NCBI GenBank assembly: GCA_024102915.1
Contig: JAGFJG010000016.1
Location: 22,263 to 86,262 of the forward strand
DNA length: 64,000 bases
Direction of reading: 5' to 3'
Source: Caldilineales bacterium
GTDB lineage: Bacteria > Chloroflexota > Anaerolineae > J102
The position numbers were made by a program, and so were the translations under genes. This document shows, piece after piece, positions 59,531 through 64,000 of the stretch (positions are counted from its first letter, which is position 1; every line of letters begins with the position of its first letter). Below the pieces are notes generated by a model. The model searched no databases and was not told where the DNA came from. It was given only the letters and a program-made list of their open reading frames with translations.

Positions 59531-60343
59531 GTGAGAGTCAAAAATAAAATCATCGTGGTTACGGGCGGCGGGAATGGCATGGGGCGCGAGCTTGTCTTGA
59601 ACTTGCTTGTCAGAGGCGCCAGCGTAGCAGCCGTCGACATCAGTGAAGCTGCACTGCAGGAAACAATCGAACTGGCAGGCGACAAAAGGGGCAGCCTTTC
59701 AACCTATGTGGTAGACATCACCAACAGAGATGCGGTGGCGTCGCTCCCCGAACAGGTCATTGCCAGGCATGGAGCCGTAGATGGCCTCATCAACAATGCC
59801 GGGATCATCCAACCCTTCGTTCGTGTCAACGATCTGGATTATGCCGCCATCGAGCAGGTGATGAATGTCAATTTCTATGGAACTCTTTACATGACCAAAA
59901 CATTCTTACCCCACCTTCTAAAGAGACCCGAAGCGCATATTTCAAACACATCCAGCATGGGCGGATACCTGCCTGTCCCCGGACAGACGATCTACGGAGC
60001 CACGAAAGCGGCCATCAAGTTATTCACCGAGGGATTGCACTCCGAACTCCTGAATACCAACGTCAAAGTCACCGTCGTATTTCCCGGCGCTATTGGCACC
60101 AATATTGCCGCCAATTCGGGCGTCGGGGACTCGCTAAATGTTTCCAGTGAAGACAGCCAGAGGTCGTTTCGGCCATTGGCCGCCAGTAAAGCGGCGCAAA
60201 TCATCCTCGATGGCATCGAGAAAGATCGGTACAGCATTTTCGTGGGGCGGGACGCACGATTCATGGACTTATTGGTCAGGATCAGCCCAAAACGAGCCGC
60301 GAATTATATTTTCAAGCAGATGCAATCGCTCTTGCCAGCCTAA
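59531..60343 (+). CDS. Short-chain dehydrogenase/reductase (SDR)
   Basis: GTG start with AGGAGA upstream. TGGGNGMG cofactor motif, NNAG, and the catalytic Y-x3-K (YGATKAA). Confidence 0.85.
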   Translation: MRVKNKIIVVTGGGNGMGRELVLNLLVRGASVAAVDISEAALQETIELAGDKRGSLSTYVVDITNRDAVASLPEQVIARHGAVDGLINNAGIIQPFVRVNDLDYAAIEQVMNVNFYGTLYMTKTFLPHLLKRPEAHISNTSSMGGYLPVPGQTIYGATKAAIKLFTEGLHSELLNTNVKVTVVFPGAIGTNIAANSGVGDSLNVSSEDSQRSFRPLAASKAAQIILDGIEKDRYSIFVGRDARFMDLLVRISPKRAANYIFKQMQSLLPA

Positions 60344-60420
60344 CATGATGGTGATTTTAGAGGTTCGTCTTTCCTGATTATAGCGATTGAATATCAGGTT
60401 TTCCTGGTCGCAACAAAATC

Positions 60421-60460
60421 GCATAAACAACAATCGGGCGCTCCAGGTGGAGCGCCCGAT
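60421..60460 (-). terminator. Strong hairpin terminator after the decahaem gene (between convergent genes)
   Basis: Perfect 12-bp stem ATCGGGCGCTCC (60433-60444) / GGAGCGCCCGAT (60449-60460) with loop AGGT. On the minus strand, TTGTTGTTTATGCGATTTTG follows. Confidence 0.65.
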
Positions 60461-60492
60461 CGTACGGTGTAGACAGGGGTGATGGATGTGTT

Positions 60493-62694
60493 TTACTGGG
60501 GTCGGGTCTTGCCAGTGGTCAATCCATCGGCGTAGTCGGACATCTCCAGATCTTCGAGATTGTCGAAGAGAGCCTGACCGACGTACTTGTTGTTGTGAGC
60601 GAAAGCGCCTGGATCCTTCAGGAAGTACTGGTAATTGTAGGCTGCGCGCAGCAGGCGAGGCGTCCAGGTGCTATAGCGAGCGCCCGAACCATTGAACCAG
60701 TAAGGATAGCGGCTGCCATCGTAGACGATGTCGTCGGAAACCGGGTTGGCGGTGGCGTAGGTCTGCATGCCCGCGTAGAGTGCTGCTGCAAGTCCTTCCA
60801 ATTCGCCATTGACGCCTTCAGCGGTGTTGCCATCGCCATCGTAGTCAGGTGTGGTGGCCCAACGGATGTTCTTGAGATCATCGGGGCTGCCGAGCGGGCC
60901 GTGGCAGGCGGTGCAAGCCTGGTACTCGACCTCAAGTTCGTGCACATTGTGGCAGTCTTCGCAGGTTGCAAACATACTGCCGCCGAACGGATGCTTGTTC
61001 TGGCCGACGTAGGTCTTGCCTTCGAACTCGTAGATGCCGTTGGTGACATTGCCGAAGAGCGTAGCGCCCGCAGCGAAGTAGTGGACGTTGATGAAGCCCT
61101 GACCAGTGTCAAGATCATCATCACCGACACCGGCTGTGGCATCGTCGATCTGGCCGCCATAGGCGCGACCCTGGTGGCACTGGATACACAGGTTATTGTC
61201 CTTGTCGCCGCCCTTCTCCAGACTGACATCAGCGCCGTTCGGGAAGGTCACTTCATCGAACACCCAGCGGTCCGGCCAGGATTCGCCGTTATGACAGGTG
61301 GTGCACATCATGCCGTTGGCGGCTTCCTGGGTGATGCTGACGCCTTCTTTGACCAGGAAGGGAATGCCGTCGGCGCTATGGCATTTGCTGCAGCTTCCGG
61401 GCACTTCGTAGTCATCCCCGTCCCAATGCCGCCATGCTTCCTCGGAACCGGCGAAGTGGCCGGGGTCGATGCGATGGGCATTGCTCATGTCCACCTTATT
61501 GGTGATGGCCTCATTCAGATCGCCGATCGAATCATGCAGCAATTGGATGACGTACTTGCCATTGTGGGCGAACTTGCCGGGGTCCTTCTGACCAACCTGA
61601 TAGTTAAATGTCGCTTTCATCAGGCGAGCAGTATAGGCATTGTAGTTTACGGCGGGATCATCCTTTACGTTATCGCAGTTTGCATCGACGAACCAATAGG
61701 GATGGCTACTCGAATCGTAAACGATGCATTTCTGAGACACTTCCTCTGCATAATCCTGAATTGCTCCGTAAAGAAGCGCCTGTAAACCTGCGATCTCTTC
61801 GCCCACGCCTTCCTCGTCATTACCATCGCCGTCATAATCGGCCAGCGAGCCCATCATGCGCACCATATCGAAATCATCTGCTGATTCGACATCGGCGTGG
61901 CATTCCTGGCACTCCGTGAGCTTCAGTTCCAGCGTGTGCATGTCATGGCACTCGTAACACTGATCGTATTGTTCGACATGGCGGAAGTTGATATCGTAGC
62001 TCATGCCTTCATATTCATAGCCGCCATGCACCAGTGCGCCGTATTGCGTCGCCGCCGCAGCGAAGTAATGTATATTCTGGAAGGAAGCGGTTGGCTCGAC
62101 TGCGTCCACATCAGCAGTCATGCCCTTCCCTTCCAGATAGGTGTCAACCTGCGGTCCAGACGAACGTCCTTGATGGCATTCCATACAGCGGGATTCATCG
62201 CCCAGGTTCTCGATAGTAACGCCAGAGGGGAATTTGACGCTTGTCTTGTGCAGGGTGACGTCGTTGTGGCAGGCCACACATTCGACTGTAGACCCCACAG
62301 GAGGCGCTACTTCAACAGAGCCAGCGGCGCTGCCATCCGCGCCCAAGAAGTCCAGGTAGCCTGGCGTGCTGTGGCACTTGGCGCAGCTCGTTTGAACGAC
62401 GCCGGCATCATCCCAGTGCCGGAAAGCTTCAGCGTCATGGTCATTGTGCGGAGAATTCGCCCAACGATCCAGGAACGGCACTTCTACGGCCACACCCGTG
62501 CACGGTGATAACTGGTAGGGCATGAATAGTTTGACCGGCAGTTCTCCGCCTTGCAACGCCGGCCCTATCAGCGATGCTTGCGGACAAACTGGGTTGAGGT
62601 CAGGCGCAGCCGCTTGCGCAGAACCGCCGCTCACCACGAGCAGCAGGGCCAATGCAAGCGCCAAAGCGCCCAAAATCGTGTATCTTCCTTTCAT
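60493..62694 (-). CDS. Secreted decahaem c-type cytochrome built from two tandem pentahaem halves
   Basis: Start ATG 62694 (MKGRYTILGALALALALLLVVSGGSAQA) with AGGAGG upstream. There are 10 CxxCH motifs, 5 + 5. Both halves share WRHWD, SC(A/S)KCHS, CxxCHQGR, N(I/V)HYFAA, DYDGDGN, PYWF and KDPGxFAHNxKYV. Confidence 0.85.
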   Translation of the reverse strand: MKGRYTILGALALALALLLVVSGGSAQAAAPDLNPVCPQASLIGPALQGGELPVKLFMPYQLSPCTGVAVEVPFLDRWANSPHNDHDAEAFRHWDDAGVVQTSCAKCHSTPGYLDFLGADGSAAGSVEVAPPVGSTVECVACHNDVTLHKTSVKFPSGVTIENLGDESRCMECHQGRSSGPQVDTYLEGKGMTADVDAVEPTASFQNIHYFAAAATQYGALVHGGYEYEGMSYDINFRHVEQYDQCYECHDMHTLELKLTECQECHADVESADDFDMVRMMGSLADYDGDGNDEEGVGEEIAGLQALLYGAIQDYAEEVSQKCIVYDSSSHPYWFVDANCDNVKDDPAVNYNAYTARLMKATFNYQVGQKDPGKFAHNGKYVIQLLHDSIGDLNEAITNKVDMSNAHRIDPGHFAGSEEAWRHWDGDDYEVPGSCSKCHSADGIPFLVKEGVSITQEAANGMMCTTCHNGESWPDRWVFDEVTFPNGADVSLEKGGDKDNNLCIQCHQGRAYGGQIDDATAGVGDDDLDTGQGFINVHYFAAGATLFGNVTNGIYEFEGKTYVGQNKHPFGGSMFATCEDCHNVHELEVEYQACTACHGPLGSPDDLKNIRWATTPDYDGDGNTAEGVNGELEGLAAALYAGMQTYATANPVSDDIVYDGSRYPYWFNGSGARYSTWTPRLLRAAYNYQYFLKDPGAFAHNNKYVGQALFDNLEDLEMSDYADGLTTGKTRPQ

Positions 62695-63274
62695 TGCTAT
62701 TCCTCCTCTAAGTGAAAAAAGCAATGCAGCGATGGGGTGGATGCGGGGTGATTACCAATTGTGCAGCAGATGCAGCAAATACATCTTAGTGCACATCTCG
62801 TACTCCCCTTGTACAAATGTATACTAACATGATAGCAAGATTAATGGAAATCCGATATGATCTATGTCAGGTTAATCAAAAATAAATTTGGGTTCGTGGG
62901 ATGAGAGGACGACGATCGGGGGGCCGCAGGTCGGGAAACAGGGTGATGCCGAGTCGGGCAGGGTAGCGATGAACATTTAGCGAAAAATCACGCAATAGTC
63001 CGACAAAAAAGTGAATTCGTTCACCAAAACTGATCTAAGTCATATTCAAACCGCATTTGCAGCGCGAAAATAGAAGCGCTTGAAGTGTCGCAATCTCGCA
63101 TGGACGCTTTCTTCGCACGACCTTCTGGCATACCAACACCGGCCGGGCTGCGCCACAACGCTGGGGCTAACATCGCATCAGCCTAGCTGGATCATCATGG
63201 AGATGGATTGACGATCACCGGCTTCGGTCAGAGATTGGCAATCTGTCATTGCCGTGTTCAAAGGAGCAAACGTT

Positions 63275-63880
63275 ATGGTCGCACAAGGCAGTGCATCAAG
63301 GGCGTCGCCTCCCATCTTCATTGATGAGGTGATCGCCAGGACGCCGGGGGGTAACCCCCATCTGGAGTCATGCGTGCAATGCGGCACCTGCGGCGGTTCC
63401 TGTCCCTCCGGCCCGGACATGGAGCACACGCCGCGCCAACTCTTCGCCATGATCGAGGCGGGGATGAAGGAGGAAGTACTGCGCAGCAACACGCCCTGGT
63501 ATTGCGTATCCTGCTATTACTGCATGGTGCGCTGTCCCCAGGACGTGCACATCACCGACCTCATGTACACGCTCAAGCGCATGGCCATCCGCGAGGGGCT
63601 GTACCATGAGTCCACCGCCGCGGATGCACCCGACTTCTCCGAAACCTTTATCGATTTCGTGGAGAACTATGGGCGCAGCTTCGAGTTGGGGCTGGCCACC
63701 CGCTACCATCTCAAACACCATCCCTTGGGCGCAGTGAAAATGGCCGGGTTCGGATTGAGCATGTTACGGCGGGGGCGCATGGATATCACGCCCAAACGCA
63801 TCGAGGGGATCGGCCAACTCAAAGCGATTCTCAGCAAAGCCAAAGAACTAAGCGCAGCCGCCGACGGAGGCAGACTATGA
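63275..63880 (+). CDS. HdrC-like 4Fe-4S dicluster protein (heterodisulfide reductase subunit C family)
   Basis: ATG 63275 with AAGGAG 7 nt upstream. Cluster motifs CVQCGTCGGSCP and CVSCYYCMVRCP. Directly followed by an HdrB-like gene. Confidence 0.75.
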   Translation: MVAQGSASRASPPIFIDEVIARTPGGNPHLESCVQCGTCGGSCPSGPDMEHTPRQLFAMIEAGMKEEVLRSNTPWYCVSCYYCMVRCPQDVHITDLMYTLKRMAIREGLYHESTAADAPDFSETFIDFVENYGRSFELGLATRYHLKHHPLGAVKMAGFGLSMLRRGRMDITPKRIEGIGQLKAILSKAKELSAAADGGRL

Positions 63881-64000
63881 AATATGGTTACTATCCCGGC
63901 TGCTCACTGGAACGAAACGCCAGCGCTTATCAAGATTCGGCGCTCGCCGTGGCCGAGAAGCTCGATGTCGATCTGGTGGAAACGCCGGACTGGAACTGTT
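63877..64000 (+). CDS. HdrB-like CCG-domain protein, N-terminal fragment (runs off the right edge)
   Basis: Not in the track. ATG 63877 overlaps the hdrC-like stop. It translates to MKYGYYPGCSLERNASAYQDSALAVAEKLDVDLVETPDWNC, the typical HdrB/CCG-domain start (YYPGCSL...WNCCG). Confidence 0.7.
   Translation, partial: MKYGYYPGCSLERNASAYQDSALAVAEKLDVDLVETPDWNC

Noticed and set aside
60493-62694. Calling the decahaem protein an MtrC/OmcA orthologue
   Set aside because: Only size and haem number match. The landmark order is a 5+5 tandem duplication with helical DYDGDGN regions. No MtrA/MtrB-like genes are nearby. The call is left as an unassigned decahaem cytochrome.

Overview
This is a high-GC chromosomal window, roughly 60% GC by eye. 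It holds about 55 protein genes, one tRNA-Thr(CGU) and no rRNA, CRISPR array, transposase or prophage genes. Gene content suggests a filamentous Chloroflexota-like bacterium (giant Ser/Thr-kinase and beta-propeller proteins, Pro/Thr-rich linkers after lipoboxes, no outer-membrane components). That assignment is inference only. The left 46 kb is mostly housekeeping: an APC permease-USP fusion, lutABC, fabF, an ECF sigma factor, degV, fabH, a non-Pyl MttB homologue, two moeA genes, a RelE/Phd toxin-antitoxin pair, acd-etfBA, yebC-ruvC-RR-ruvA, udk, surE and PBP1A. An accessory block at 24.2-32.7 kb interrupts it: a membrane-anchored NACHT NTPase fused to an FGE-sulfatase-like domain, a 1081-aa receptor kinase and a zinc-ribbon/PQQ-propeller protein. 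The most striking region is 46.5-62.7 kb. Seven c-type multihaem cytochrome genes carry about 98 haem-binding motifs by my count. They are arranged in two divergent operons plus one separate gene around a Rieske/cytochrome b6-type complex. That complex's c subunit is a 16-haem protein. A split CbcL-like module and an extended NapC/NirT-like quinol dehydrogenase are also present. I read this as a candidate long-range or extracellular electron-transfer system. At the DNA level, the intergenic spacers are repeatedly built from tandem heptanucleotide arrays arranged as long imperfect hairpins. A ~170-bp MITE-like element also occurs twice, in inverted orientation. The many long antisense ORFs in the track are high-GC artefacts.
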